DNA from: Bythopirellula sp.
Lineage (GTDB): Bacteria; Planctomycetota; Planctomycetia; Pirellulales; Lacipirellulaceae
Assembly: GCA_965216565.1 (NCBI GenBank)
Contig: OZ244170.1
Span: 128,001 to 192,000, forward strand
DNA: 64,000 bases
Direction: 5' to 3'
Below are positions 27,388 through 38,800 of this stretch, one piece after another (position 1 is the first letter of the stretch; each line of letters opens with the position of its first letter). The notes under the pieces were generated by a model, which saw only the letters and a program-made list of their open reading frames with translations, did no database searches and was not told the DNA's origin. The position numbers and the translations under genes are program-made.

Positions 27388-27670
27388 GCCTGGCTCCCTT
27401 TCGATTCATTTGGTGGTTTGGCAAAGTGTGTTTACATCGTGCTACTTCGATGATGATAAATGAGGATGATAGCCGAGCATAATAGTCGAGGAGGATAAAT
27501 TTAGCCGCAGAATCTCACGTTTCAATTAGATGCTCACAGATTGAATAGATCATAGGAACTGATCGAAGAGTTCACCTACTCTTCTACGACTGTTCTACGG
27601 AATTGGGAGTTCCCCACTATTTTCTGATGCACTGGTTCTTCTAAGTGTTCAGAAAGTCTAAGTACCAAAA

Positions 27671-27706
27671 AATTGATTGGCTAATTGATTGGCTAATCGT
27701 TGCCTA
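27671..27706. repeat. 12-bp intergenic tandem repeat
   Basis: aattgattggct aattgattggct aatcgttgccta. Confidence 0.7.
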
Positions 27707-28161
27707 AGCTCGGTTCGACCCATTATTCGATTTAGCCGCGAACAGGTAATTTGGGCAAGTTCAGTAGGGGCTCAAGGACGCCCAGCGGAGCGAGGGTTCC
27801 GTACCCGCAGAGACAGCTTCTGCTTTGTTTCTAGGTGTTTTATGACTTTTTGACGTGGAACGCAATTCCGAGAAACTCGCTCGCCAAACCCGCTTTACCG
27901 TTGACCAGTGGGCAGGTTCGGATATCTTGAATTACTGCGGTGGGAAGCAGGTGTTAACCTCGCCTGATAGAGATCGCAAGAGTCGCCCGCATTAACTAGG
28001 GCAGGAATCGCTCGTCCTTGTTGCTGTGATCGTCCGCTTGTCGAAAAGCTTCTCACCCCACTCGTTGTGCGACTGCTCCTGGGAGCAGTCAGATTTAGGC
28101 TATTCTCGCTTGATTGAGAGGACTGGCCACAAGAAGAGTTCAGTATTTTGGAGATGGCACA

Positions 28162-28359
28162 ATGCCAGAAGGTACGATTAAGAAGTTGATGGACAAGGGT
28201 TTTGGTTTTATCGAAGGCGAGCGTGGAGACATTTTCTTCCATCACTCGGCGCTTGCTGATGGCAACTTCGACAGCCTTCATGAAGGACAGAGGGTAGAAT
28301 ACGAAGAAGGCACCGGGCCCAAGGGTCCCTGTGCTGAGAACGTGAAGGCGGTCTCTTAG
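28162..28359 (+). CDS. Cold-shock domain protein
   Basis: MPEGTIKKLMDKGFGFI (RNP1), DIFFHHS (RNP2), GPKGPCAENV; GGAG upstream. Confidence 0.95.
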   Translation: MPEGTIKKLMDKGFGFIEGERGDIFFHHSALADGNFDSLHEGQRVEYEEGTGPKGPCAENVKAVS

Positions 28360-28421
28360 CAACGACAAGATTGCTGGGAATTGAGCCCAACCGTTCAAGC
28401 ATCCTATCGACCAAACACAAG

Positions 28422-28460
28422 AGAGCCGCCCCTCGAATGATTCGAGGGGCGGCTCTTGTT
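28422..28460. terminator. Probable bidirectional terminator
   Basis: Perfect 16-bp inverted repeat agagccgcccctcgaa-tga-ttcgaggggcggctct between convergent genes. Confidence 0.75.
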
Positions 28461-28517
28461 ATGGGCTCTCTGTGACAAGTGATGCTCGTCTCAGACGATT
28501 GAACTACTCAATTGCCG

Positions 28518-31500
28518 TTAAGCAAACCGCCACTCGGCAGTCTCTTCGAAGGCACTTTCCATGCCATCGACTTCTTGACCATCTCCGTCAGGCTGCCCGA
28601 ACGGCAACTGGTGGAACTTGTGGTCGAGACGGTCGAAAAGTCCATCCACGACCCTTTCCGCGGCATCTTCCAGAGCAGGAAGAATCTCGCCTTCCAGGCT
28701 CTCAAACCGATTCGAGTTCTCTAGCAAATGGCTTTCCAGACGCGTGGCCAGAGAACCAAAGTGGTGGTTACGATCCAACCGATGGTAGCCAGCAAACACG
28801 TCTTCCAGCCGGCTAGCAACGAAGCTGAGTAGGCTATTATTACCTGCCGTCGAAATTACGGAGGACTCGAGTGCCGCACTGTTCGAGAGATCTCCAGTAA
28901 CTGAAGGTCGCAGGTTGTCGGCTGTGTTATTCAACTCTGGGGCCTTGGCTGCGAAACTCGCAGCGCCATTGCCCGAACCGACTGATTGCGAATACACATC
29001 GCCATAAGACTGTTGCCAGGCAGCCAGGTCTGCACCGTTAACGTCTCCGTCGTAGTTCCCATCGCCATCAGCAAGTGTAGCGGTCTCCAGGGTCCCAGCT
29101 CCTGTTTGCCAAGCCAAGAAATCCAAACCACTTACCATGCCGTCCTGATCGAAGTCTGCATAACCTGGTACTGTGATCGCGGCTGTTCCCGAGCCTGGAT
29201 CGCTGTTTTCACCGTATTGAAGTTCCCAGTGAACCATGTCGATTCTATCGACCGCTCCATCGCTGTTCGCGTCACCCTCGGAAACTGACGCACCACTAGC
29301 CATTCCAGCATTCAATTGCCAGTTAAGGAAATCGAGGCCAGTCACCATGCCGTCACCGTCAGAGTCGGCATTGGCGACGAGTGGTGCGGATTCGACGACC
29401 ACGGCGTCAAAGACATAATCTTCGACTTCACCGAGAAGCGCAGGTCCGACTGATCCCAAACCTGCCTCGCCATAGCGGACCCGAGTATAGACTCGAGCAC
29501 CATTGATCGTGGGTATGTCAAAGTTGACATTGCTCGTCCCAAGGGGAAGGAGCTTATTGACTACAACTTGTTCGGCAGAACTGAAGCTACCGTCATTGTC
29601 GAAGTCCATCCATACTTGAAGGAAACCGCTGCTACGGCTGGCGGTCACTTGGAAAGTACCCTGAGTATTGGAGTTCAGAAGTCCAGATAGCAGGACCACG
29701 CCGTCTTCGTCATTCACAAAGTTGGAGTCGTCGCCATCAGCATCGCTACCCGCAACTCCATCGGACTCGGTATCGATGAGCGAACCGAGGAAGTAAGAAC
29801 CACTTGTATGCCGTGCGCCGTTACTTGCCAGGGTGGTGCCATAAGTGTCTGGTAGATCGCCAAAGTCAAGATTTCCACTAGGTCCACCATTACCACCTCC
29901 GCCACCAGTGACACCAAAGTCGGTGTCGTTTGCTGTTCCGCCGGAAGTAATAGTCACTTGCTGGGGGAGTCCAAACGAGGGTGAGGTCTGTAAGATGCCC
30001 GAGTTGGGTGCTAGATCGAGTCGCAGAATATAGTTGCCGTCTGCGAGCCCCGAGAACGAATAGGAGCCGTTGCTGTTCGTTTGGGTAACAACATCGTTGG
30101 CATCTATTGCACCACTGTTGTTCATGTCGACGTAGACTGTCAGATTTTGGACACCCACATCGCCAGGATCTCGCGTTCCGTCTTCTTCAACATCGTTGAA
30201 GACCGTACCCAGAATAACGCCTGACAATGCTGAGCCATCGCCACTGGTTACTCCCGCCGGCGGCATGACATAGAAGTCAACGTTGTCGAATGTGTCGCCT
30301 TGCTGGGTGAAAAAGGACTGAAACCCGTCGACGGGGTTGGTGGTAGTCCACTGAGCAGGGGGCCGTATGCCCACATTGATGACAGTAGTCTCTGTGAATT
30401 GAGGTACCGTTAATGAGTAGTTGCCATCAATGTCCGTTGTGGTAAGGATCTCTCCGGCATCGTACTGGCCGTTCCGATTCACATCGCCAAATACGCCAAT
30501 TCCTTCCACGGCAACATCGTCACTGTTGAAGAGTCCGTCGCCATCGGTGTCGGCGATGATGGTTCCAGTAAAGCTCACTTCTGGAGCAGCAGGAGCCCCG
30601 GGATCGAGCAGGAAGTTGATGTTTTGCATCCCATAGGTAATTGCAGTATTGGTACCATCGAGGAAAGCGAAAGGTGCGCCGGTGTCTTGGTTAATCGGAA
30701 CTTCGTTTATCGGTGTTCCAAAAGCGTCGACGCCGACTTGTTCATAATCCCATACTTGGAAATAATCCGACGAGATGGCCCACTCGGTCTGATATTCGGG
30801 AAGAAAACCGCTGGGGGTCAATGAATCGTCGATCGGCGTAAATCCGCCTAATGACAGCGGATCGATCGAGATGATGTAATCGTTTGGCACGAGGTCGAAG
30901 TAATAGTTACCGTCGTAGCCGGTGACAAATTGATCAACCAGGATATCGGAACCATCTAGGATGCCATTGGAATTGACGTCGCGATGGGCGAAGACTGTCA
31001 CATTCGATCCCATGGATTCGTGATTAGGATCGATGATGTTTTGGACTTCGCCAAGTCGTAGAGCGGGGTCAAGATCGATTTGAGAGATCTGTTGAATGAC
31101 CCGGCTATAGTTGAAAAGATCGTCTTGGTTATCATCGACACCAATGAGACCCTGGACACGTTCGGTGTTGGCATTTATGGGGCTGCCATGCCAAGTGATT
31201 TCAAAGTCCGTAATGTCCGTAGCAACTGGGCTATAATTTTCCATATAAACTTGCCAGCCCTGCGTGAGCAGGTCACCAGCGAACGGCTGACCAGCGTTAA
31301 ACCGATTTCCACCAATGCCGAAGGGATCGATGACGGGCTCGGCAGTGGTTGGATCAAAAATAATCGCGTCGTCGGATCGCTCGCCCCAACTTCGGTTAGT
31401 ACTGTAAGTGAGCGTGTTACCACCCGTACCTACTGAACCGGCATCCAGGAAGTCGGGAATGTTGCTCGAAACCCCGTTCAAGCCGTTGGCCGTGATTCCG

Positions 31501-33590
31501 AAGGCCTGATGAATGTTTTCATTGACATCAAACGATGGATCTACGAAGTAGGGGTTTAACTCTGAGTGTGTGCCGTTTGGCGAAACAAGTACCACGCGAA
31601 CGTTGTCCATAAACTCCGTGACATCACCGCTAGTTGTAAAGGACAACTCGATTGTTTCGATAGTCATGTCGTTCGGACTGGTGACCGTCAACTCCAGGGG
31701 TGCACCACGTTCAAAAAATCCCTGTGTGAAATCGGGGTCGTCTACCAAATACTCGTCCCAGTAAGCGCCGAATCCTGGGTCTCCACCGAGCCCTCCAGGG
31801 ATGATTAGATCCGTGGTACCACCTCCTAAGAGATCATTAACTACTTCTGCAGCCGGCAGGCTGATAGCTCTGTTGAACCCGACAGCCGTGGTGAAGCTCA
31901 ACTCATCTGGAAGACCTTGATCCTTGGTATGCCATTGCTGTGCCATTAGCACAGCCATCTCAGCATCGACCACGCCGTGTGCAAAACCAGTTTGATCGCC
32001 ATTTGTGCCGCGACCTTGACTCACGGTATAGCCAGCCCCATTGGTGAGAATCTGGGGTGTGGGGGCATAGTGGATGGTGTTGAAAGCTATAGTCAGGCTT
32101 GGGTCTAGTGTTGGGTTGAGAATCTGAAGATCATTGGGAATCAAGGGATCGTAGATATCCGGATCATGGAATAGCGGTACTTGATTGGTGATCCAGGTGT
32201 TTTGGTATTCGATTCCTAGTGACTTGTCTGCGCCATCAGCCTGCGTGGCGAATTTCGAATTCTGCCGGGCAGACCTTAAGAGGATTTCCTGTACATCACG
32301 CCAGTGCAGGTTCGGGTTGGCTTCGAGCATCAGGGCGACCACGCCGCTGACCATTGGCGTAGCAGCGGAAGTGCCATTGAATCGAGAGGTATAATCGATG
32401 TCTTCGAGAAAATCTCTATCGCCTGTGAGTCCACCCGTATTGTCAGAAGTGTTGAAACCAGCTTCGCCAATAAGATCGGTGGTAAGAATACCACTGCCAA
32501 TCCCATCGTCATTAAAGATGCTTAACGCATTGGAACCCGTAGGAGCGGCAACAAGTACTGAGGCGCCAATCTCCATGTAGCTTGTAACCGTACCGTCAAC
32601 ATTGTTGTACTCACCATCGTGATCGACGCCCGTCACGCCGATCGTGTAACGAGAGTTAACCCATCCGTTGTAACTAGATGAATCTTGTGCAGGAGGACCA
32701 ACGCCCACGCTTGACGCGCTATTACCCGAGGCAAATACGTGAATAACTCCCAGTGGATTGCCATTGTCGTCGACACGTCCAAAGAAGATGGAGTCTCTCA
32801 AACCTAAGAACTCATCAGGAGTGGGACCAGAGACCGAACGTCCACCTCCCGGGCCCCAGCTATTGTTAGTGATATCGATGCCATTGTTACCAGTAAACCG
32901 GAAGGCATCGCCGATGGAGACTAAATTTACGTCTCCCATGGGGACCAACGTCGCGCCATGTGCCACTCCGGTGCCACCTAGGCCGTTTTCCGCGACAGCC
33001 CCAATGATACCTGCCACTGAAGTGGCGTGAGCGTCATCTGGTGCACCTGGTGATAAAAAAGACAAATCCGGATCGACATTTGAAGCTAGGTCTGGATGTG
33101 TCACTTGAAAAACGCCACCAACCTCGAACACGCCAACTCTAACGCCTTCACCCGTAATACCTGCATTCCAAACCGGCGCGACATTGATGTCTTCTCCAGG
33201 AATACCAAAAATGTTCTGGAAATCAGGCTGACCTACTTGTTGACCGACATTGATCAGGTGCCATTGATCCGAGACAAGAGGGTCGGTAGGTATAGCGAGC
33301 GGGGTGTAAGTAGTCGTTGCGTTGGATTGAGCCGCATACTGCTCCAGCTCCCGAGTCCAAATTGCCAATGCACCTTCTGCCGTGCTCGATGAGTAACTGA
33401 CCAAGTCTGAATAGATGCTGTCTGAGCTCGACAGAGTTAGCGGAGTATCCCCCGCCATCATGCGACGGTCTTCGAGCGTCTCAACAGAAAGCTGACGTTT
33501 CTTCCGGCGGCTAATGCCAGCCGGACGGCGTTTGGTGGATCGTGTGCGCAGAAAGCCTGTACGCTGACCGAATCGAGAAGAACTAGTCAC
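28518..33590 (-). CDS. Large secreted S8 (kexin-like) peptidase with P-domain-like region, SdrD B-like repeats, GEVED and dockerin-like domains
   Basis: Leader LSVETLEDRRMMA; DPLVSDQWHL, DINVAPVW, HATSVAGII, NNSWG, FASGN, NGTSAATP, WRDVQ; GEVEDY; DSDGDGMVTGLDF. Confidence 0.9.
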   Translation of the reverse strand: MTSSSRFGQRTGFLRTRSTKRRPAGISRRKKRQLSVETLEDRRMMAGDTPLTLSSSDSIYSDLVSYSSSTAEGALAIWTRELEQYAAQSNATTTYTPLAIPTDPLVSDQWHLINVGQQVGQPDFQNIFGIPGEDINVAPVWNAGITGEGVRVGVFEVGGVFQVTHPDLASNVDPDLSFLSPGAPDDAHATSVAGIIGAVAENGLGGTGVAHGATLVPMGDVNLVSIGDAFRFTGNNGIDITNNSWGPGGGRSVSGPTPDEFLGLRDSIFFGRVDDNGNPLGVIHVFASGNSASSVGVGPPAQDSSSYNGWVNSRYTIGVTGVDHDGEYNNVDGTVTSYMEIGASVLVAAPTGSNALSIFNDDGIGSGILTTDLIGEAGFNTSDNTGGLTGDRDFLEDIDYTSRFNGTSAATPMVSGVVALMLEANPNLHWRDVQEILLRSARQNSKFATQADGADKSLGIEYQNTWITNQVPLFHDPDIYDPLIPNDLQILNPTLDPSLTIAFNTIHYAPTPQILTNGAGYTVSQGRGTNGDQTGFAHGVVDAEMAVLMAQQWHTKDQGLPDELSFTTAVGFNRAISLPAAEVVNDLLGGGTTDLIIPGGLGGDPGFGAYWDEYLVDDPDFTQGFFERGAPLELTVTSPNDMTIETIELSFTTSGDVTEFMDNVRVVLVSPNGTHSELNPYFVDPSFDVNENIHQAFGITANGLNGVSSNIPDFLDAGSVGTGGNTLTYSTNRSWGERSDDAIIFDPTTAEPVIDPFGIGGNRFNAGQPFAGDLLTQGWQVYMENYSPVATDITDFEITWHGSPINANTERVQGLIGVDDNQDDLFNYSRVIQQISQIDLDPALRLGEVQNIIDPNHESMGSNVTVFAHRDVNSNGILDGSDILVDQFVTGYDGNYYFDLVPNDYIISIDPLSLGGFTPIDDSLTPSGFLPEYQTEWAISSDYFQVWDYEQVGVDAFGTPINEVPINQDTGAPFAFLDGTNTAITYGMQNINFLLDPGAPAAPEVSFTGTIIADTDGDGLFNSDDVAVEGIGVFGDVNRNGQYDAGEILTTTDIDGNYSLTVPQFTETTVINVGIRPPAQWTTTNPVDGFQSFFTQQGDTFDNVDFYVMPPAGVTSGDGSALSGVILGTVFNDVEEDGTRDPGDVGVQNLTVYVDMNNSGAIDANDVVTQTNSNGSYSFSGLADGNYILRLDLAPNSGILQTSPSFGLPQQVTITSGGTANDTDFGVTGGGGGNGGPSGNLDFGDLPDTYGTTLASNGARHTSGSYFLGSLIDTESDGVAGSDADGDDSNFVNDEDGVVLLSGLLNSNTQGTFQVTASRSSGFLQVWMDFDNDGSFSSAEQVVVNKLLPLGTSNVNFDIPTINGARVYTRVRYGEAGLGSVGPALLGEVEDYVFDAVVVESAPLVANADSDGDGMVTGLDFLNWQLNAGMASGASVSEGDANSDGAVDRIDMVHWELQYGENSDPGSGTAAITVPGYADFDQDGMVSGLDFLAWQTGAGTLETATLADGDGNYDGDVNGADLAAWQQSYGDVYSQSVGSGNGAASFAAKAPELNNTADNLRPSVTGDLSNSAALESSVISTAGNNSLLSFVASRLEDVFAGYHRLDRNHHFGSLATRLESHLLENSNRFESLEGEILPALEDAAERVVDGLFDRLDHKFHQLPFGQPDGDGQEVDGMESAFEETAEWRFA

Positions 33591-34340
33591 CTATTTGTCC
33601 TCTACTCATAGCCGAACTCCTAGAAAGTGCGCATTGCACTCCCCATTCGCACACTGGCCATGTGCGACCTCGCGGAGCTTTCCGAGAACCCGAAGGTTTT
33701 GCCCAAATACTCGGTCGGCGTGGAATTGCTGTTCCTGTGGTGGGGACCGTACCTGGCGATACGGCCGGACTTGTTGGCTTCTCGGTGTGCTTATCCTGTG
33801 AGGGCTTTGCGAAAAGTGCGGCGCCTGCAGGTACTGCTGGCCTGACACCCGAAAAGTTTGAAATCCGAATTTCATATTAGTTTGGGTCCCCCTAGCCGTC
33901 AAATGTTTGTTGATCGTAGGAAGCCAAATTTTCCATATCTTTCACGCAATCTCGACTTCTTCTCCTGCTCTTTTAATCATTTCCAGCAAATCAGATTTTC
34001 TGAGATCACAGGGCAAAGAGATGGGAATCCTCACCTCAAAGCAGGTCATTACAGGTTTTGAGCTTGGGCAAATTGTCGTTCATTTTGGACGGACCGCTAG
34101 CAAATCGGGTTGGGTAAACCTTGCTGAATTAAAGAATTCTTTGTTCTGTACGGAAATTGCTGATTATCCGCGTTCGAACGATCCGATAACGACTTCCGAG
34201 CTACAAGTATTTAGTAGCTGGCCGTACCACTCTTCGGTGGGAGTCATGTGACTACGACTGAAGTGTTTAAAACGGAAAATAATTGTCGATCGCCAGATCC
34301 AAATGCAAACCAGTCTGGCGATGTGAGGGGGATATCAGGG

Positions 34341-35642
34341 ATGAGATTTAATTCACAGTACTTTTTCTCTGTACTGACTCTGGCGCTGGCCACTTGTGGG
34401 TTGTTGCTGGAAGGGGCCTCTGCGCAGCAGATGAATCATCAGGGCGGTGGTATACCTCCCCAGGCTGTGCCTCCACTACCTGCAGCGCCTCTAGCGGGCG
34501 GAATGTCTGCGGCTCAAGGTGGAGCTTATATGGATGTTCACGGTCGCCCCTTGGTGATGCCGGCAAGCTATTGTCAGGGCTGTCCGGGTGGATGTCCTGG
34601 AGGTGCCGGTGGTTGCTATGGCGGCGGTGGCATAGGAGGAGCCTACGGTGACCCGATGGCTGTCGACTTTGGTGGCTATGCCCAAGAGCAATGCGGGCCT
34701 CATTACTTCGATGTGCAAGCTGGCGTTGTTTTCTTCGAGATGGAAGACGTCTTCGACGGTCTGGGACCCTTCAGCCAATTAGGCGCAGGATCCAACATTC
34801 GGTTTTTGGATCCAGCAGCAGATTTTGGCGAATACGAACCTGGCTGGGAGATTGCCTTCCGATACGATATTGGCCCTTTGGCGGTTCTGGAGGCGGAGTA
34901 CACAGGGCTCTACGACATTGGTTTCTCCGACTCGGTGGCGGACCCGAATAGCAACAACTCGCTAGTGAGCGTGTTTTCAGACTTCGGACTCGGAACCCCA
35001 ATTGCGGGGATCGATGATGCCAATCTGCATTCTGCCGAATACGAAGCCGATCTACAGAGCACGGCCATCAACTACCGTCGCTACTGGGTAGGACATAGTC
35101 CCAGCATTTCAGGAACTTGGTTGTTGGGAGCTCGCTATATTCGGTTCACGGATGATTTTGACTTTGTTGCGCAGACATTCAGTGCCGTGCCGGCTCCAGG
35201 TGCAAATGTTGAGACTGGTAGGCTTGCTTGGAGCGGGGAAAATGACCTGGTCGGTTTCCATTTTGGGGGCGATGCATCGGCCTGCCTTCGCCAGGGACTC
35301 CGAGTGAACTGTGAAGCCACCACAGGTATCTACAACAATCGTTTCAAGGTTCAGAATGCAAATTCTGGGTTGTTCGAGGATCCGAACGATCCGTCAGGCT
35401 TCAACGCAGATGGAAACCAAGTGGCGTTTGCGACAGAGGCCGAAGTCTCTGTAATCGCCGATATCTTGCCAAGCTGGTCCTTACGGGCGGGCTACAAGGT
35501 GCTCTTCATCAATAGCCTGGCAACTGCTGAGAACAATATCTCGCAATCGCCTGCCGTCGTTCAGGCGGGGGGGCAGGATCCTGTCTTGCAGCAAGGCCTG
35601 CTATTCCACGGATTCCAAGGCGGGCTCGAGTACATCTGGTAG
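34341..35642 (+). CDS. Outer-membrane beta-barrel (BBP7-like)
   Basis: Signal peptide, Gly/Cys-rich N-terminal linker, amphipathic strands (LLGARYIRF, NDLVGFHFG, LRAGYKVLFI), terminal GGLEYIW. Confidence 0.75.
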   Translation: MRFNSQYFFSVLTLALATCGLLLEGASAQQMNHQGGGIPPQAVPPLPAAPLAGGMSAAQGGAYMDVHGRPLVMPASYCQGCPGGCPGGAGGCYGGGGIGGAYGDPMAVDFGGYAQEQCGPHYFDVQAGVVFFEMEDVFDGLGPFSQLGAGSNIRFLDPAADFGEYEPGWEIAFRYDIGPLAVLEAEYTGLYDIGFSDSVADPNSNNSLVSVFSDFGLGTPIAGIDDANLHSAEYEADLQSTAINYRRYWVGHSPSISGTWLLGARYIRFTDDFDFVAQTFSAVPAPGANVETGRLAWSGENDLVGFHFGGDASACLRQGLRVNCEATTGIYNNRFKVQNANSGLFEDPNDPSGFNADGNQVAFATEAEVSVIADILPSWSLRAGYKVLFINSLATAENNISQSPAVVQAGGQDPVLQQGLLFHGFQGGLEYIW

Positions 35643-35730
35643 AAGGGCATAGATGCTGAGGCATGTTTAATTCCCGAATCCTGCTGTCATTGTCGCTATT
35701 CGGGCGCGATTTTTCGGCTCTATAAGTTTT

Positions 35731-35759
35731 TTGCCGATTTCCGATTCTCTAAGTACAAT
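35731..35759 (+). promoter_or_regulatory. Probable sigma70 promoter for 35829..40835
   Basis: TTGCCG-N17-TACAAT, 70 nt upstream of the ATG. Confidence 0.5.
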
Positions 35760-35828
35760 AAGACGAAGTCTGCGGGTAAAATTGGTTCCGCGGGACTTAG
35801 GGGCTCTCGTACTTAGGGAACATCTAGA

Positions 35829-38800
35829 ATGGCAAAAGGTAAACGGCGGCGGGGACGGCGCGCGCCGAATCGAAGTAACGGAACATTTTCTCTTTCCTCG
35901 CGAAAACGCTCATCCACAGCGGATTCTTTTCATTCTCGCCCTCTGCGGCTCGAAGAGTTGGAAGATCGCCGGATGCTGGCTGTCTTCGTCGTCAATAATT
36001 TTGGCGATCTCAATGGTGACCAAACCGTAGTCGTGGGATCCCTGCGGCAGGCGGTCCAAGAGTCGAATGCGGAAGAAGGTCGGGATCAAATTATCTTCGC
36101 CGACTACTTGTTTGATGGTGGTATTGCGGGATCCATCGGTCTAGACGGGCGGGACGCCGGCGGTGAACTCGTCCTTAGCGACGTTGCCGGCGTTGATATT
36201 ATTGGTCCCGGCCCAGGGCTCTTGACCATCTTTGCTGGGGGCAACAACCGCATATTTGCCGTTGATGATGGTAGCGACACTGTTATCTCCTCGCATACCA
36301 TCTCAGGGGTCACGCTCAGTGGCGGGAGTCCAGACGCAGAAGACCGCGATGGTCAAGGTGGTGCTGTCTTCTCGGTCGAAAACCTGACGCTCACCGAAGT
36401 CGACGTTGATGGCAACTTCGCACCCAATGGAGGTGGCGGAGTGTTTGTGAGTTCGGGCTTCACAACCATTGATCGTAGTCTGATCCGCAACAACACTTCG
36501 CAGACCAGCGGCGGCGGTGTTCAAAACGGTGTCATTGACCAGGATGATAACCTACCCACGGTGACGATCCAAAATACTACTCTCACAGGCAACACGGCCA
36601 TTGGTATTCCTGTAGATGACACGCCGACTGGGTATGGCGGTGGTGTATTTAGTGCCGCGGGTACAGCCAACATTGAGCAAAGCACCATCTACGGAAACCA
36701 AGCAGCCAACTATGGCGGTGGTTCTGCTACTCAGGGCTTCGATCCCGAAACGGACGACATGGGGATGGCGACCGTCTCTGCAGGTCTCGCTTATACCAAC
36801 ATTCGCTCATCGATTATCGTGGGCAACACGGCGATGGGCGTGCCCGACGATGTCGGAAGTGCCGGTATGACCGAAGCCGACGACATGACCCCTGCGATGC
36901 CGTTTGAACCACAAATTAATAGCGAGGGTTTCAATCTTTTTGGGGTGCTGTCGCATCCTCCAATGTCGGCAAACCCAAACATTCTATTGCCTCCCCAAGG
37001 CAGCGACGCCACGGGCGTGGATCCATCGACCGTATTCATCGACGATCCTACGATTTTGCCTCCTGCCCCAGCCGAGGCTTGGTTGAACGATTTTGGCGGA
37101 GTCCTGCCTGTCTTTATGCCAGATTTGAACAAAGCCGGTGGGCAGATGGCGATTGATATGGGTGACGACATGAATGTCCAGGGCGCCCTCGACAATCGCG
37201 GCTTCGGATTTTCGCGCGTCGCCGATTTGGCGGGTGGAATGATGCCCGTGATGGACATCGGCGCTGCCGAGGTGCAAGCCGGTATCTTCGAGGTGAATAC
37301 CCTTGTAGATGAGAGTGATGGTCGCTTTGCCGATGTTGTTGTGTCAGATGGATTTTTCCCAATCAACTTTACTAGTTTCGTACCGGACTTCTCACTCCGC
37401 GAAGCACTCGAGTTTGCACTTAAAAACCAAGATGCGCTGGACGGACAAGTAAACACGATCACGTTCTCTACGAACCTCACCAACGAGGTAGATCCGACCT
37501 TAAGCAGCCCCGAGCCGACTATTCTGCTGACTCAAGGGAGCCTCGATGTCCTTTTCCCGGTCATCATTGAGGGACCAACCTTATTCGGATTAGAAATTGA
37601 TGCCACGGGGAACGACCCTACACCTGGCATCGACAATGCGGATGGATCTAGAGTCTTCAATATTTTCGAAACCGTGGAAATCAATAATCTCATCATTCGC
37701 GGTGGCGACCAACAGGAATTTGGCGGCGCCATTTCCACATTTGGTGACCTGACTTTGACAAATGTCACGATCAAGGACAACTTCACCAGTGGCAAGGGTG
37801 CCGGAATTTATGTCGCTAGTGGAACGTTGCTGATCGAGAGTTCCACGATCCACGACAACGAAGCTGCCAGTAGTGGTGGTGGGGTGTTCCTTTATGACGG
37901 AGATGTGACGATCTCTAACTCCACGATTTCAGGGAACGATGCCGGCCTCCACGGTGGCGGTCTCGCGAATGAGTACGGGAATTTGGACATCCGCTACAGT
38001 ACGGTAACGCTCAATACGGCATCTTCCACGCTAGGTAGTGGACTGGCCAGCTACCGAAACGGCTACGCTGCTACGACAGTTCGCTCGAGCATTATTTCCG
38101 GTAACACTGTCAACGATGTGCAACACATTCAATTTGGTGCCGATTCGATTGTTTCGTTGGGTTACAACCTCGTAGGCACAGGCAACGCCGTAGTAGGCGG
38201 AGTCTTCAGTGCCAGTGGAGACCAGACTTTCACCGACGCCATGCTTGCGCCGTTAGCAAGACTTGGTGGTCCTACGCCCGTGCATCGGCTTTTGCCTGGC
38301 AGCCCTGCCATCGACGCCGGCGATTTGAATAATGCGGGTTTGGGTAATGTCCCCGACAACGATCAACGAGGCTTTCCATTCGATCGTATTGAGCCGATTA
38401 AAGATGAAAACGGCAATGTCATTGATCCTGGGCAGATCGATATCGGCTCTTATGAAAAACAGGATGACGTGTTGCTCGTAGGCGATGGGTCTCCAACTGA
38501 AGGTAGCTTCACAACGTTCTTTGACGCACTCACCGAGTCGAATCTTACTCCGGAAGATGAATCAATCGTCTTCTTGCCCACATGGGCTGGGGAGACGTTC
38601 CCCGGTAACCTATCCATTACCGATTCGGTAGAAGTTCTAGGGTTGTTGGGTTTCCGCTTCTTCGGATCTGGAATTTCTGGGTTAGAGATCCTCATTGACG
38701 ACGGCGATGCCGAGAACCTACTAGATGTTTCGTTCGACTCACTACGGTTCGATACTAACGTCCGCTTCGTAAGCAAAGAGAATCTGACGCTCACTAATAT

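Noticed and set aside
27895..28398. 167-aa minus-strand ORF
   Set aside because: Antisense to the cold-shock gene.
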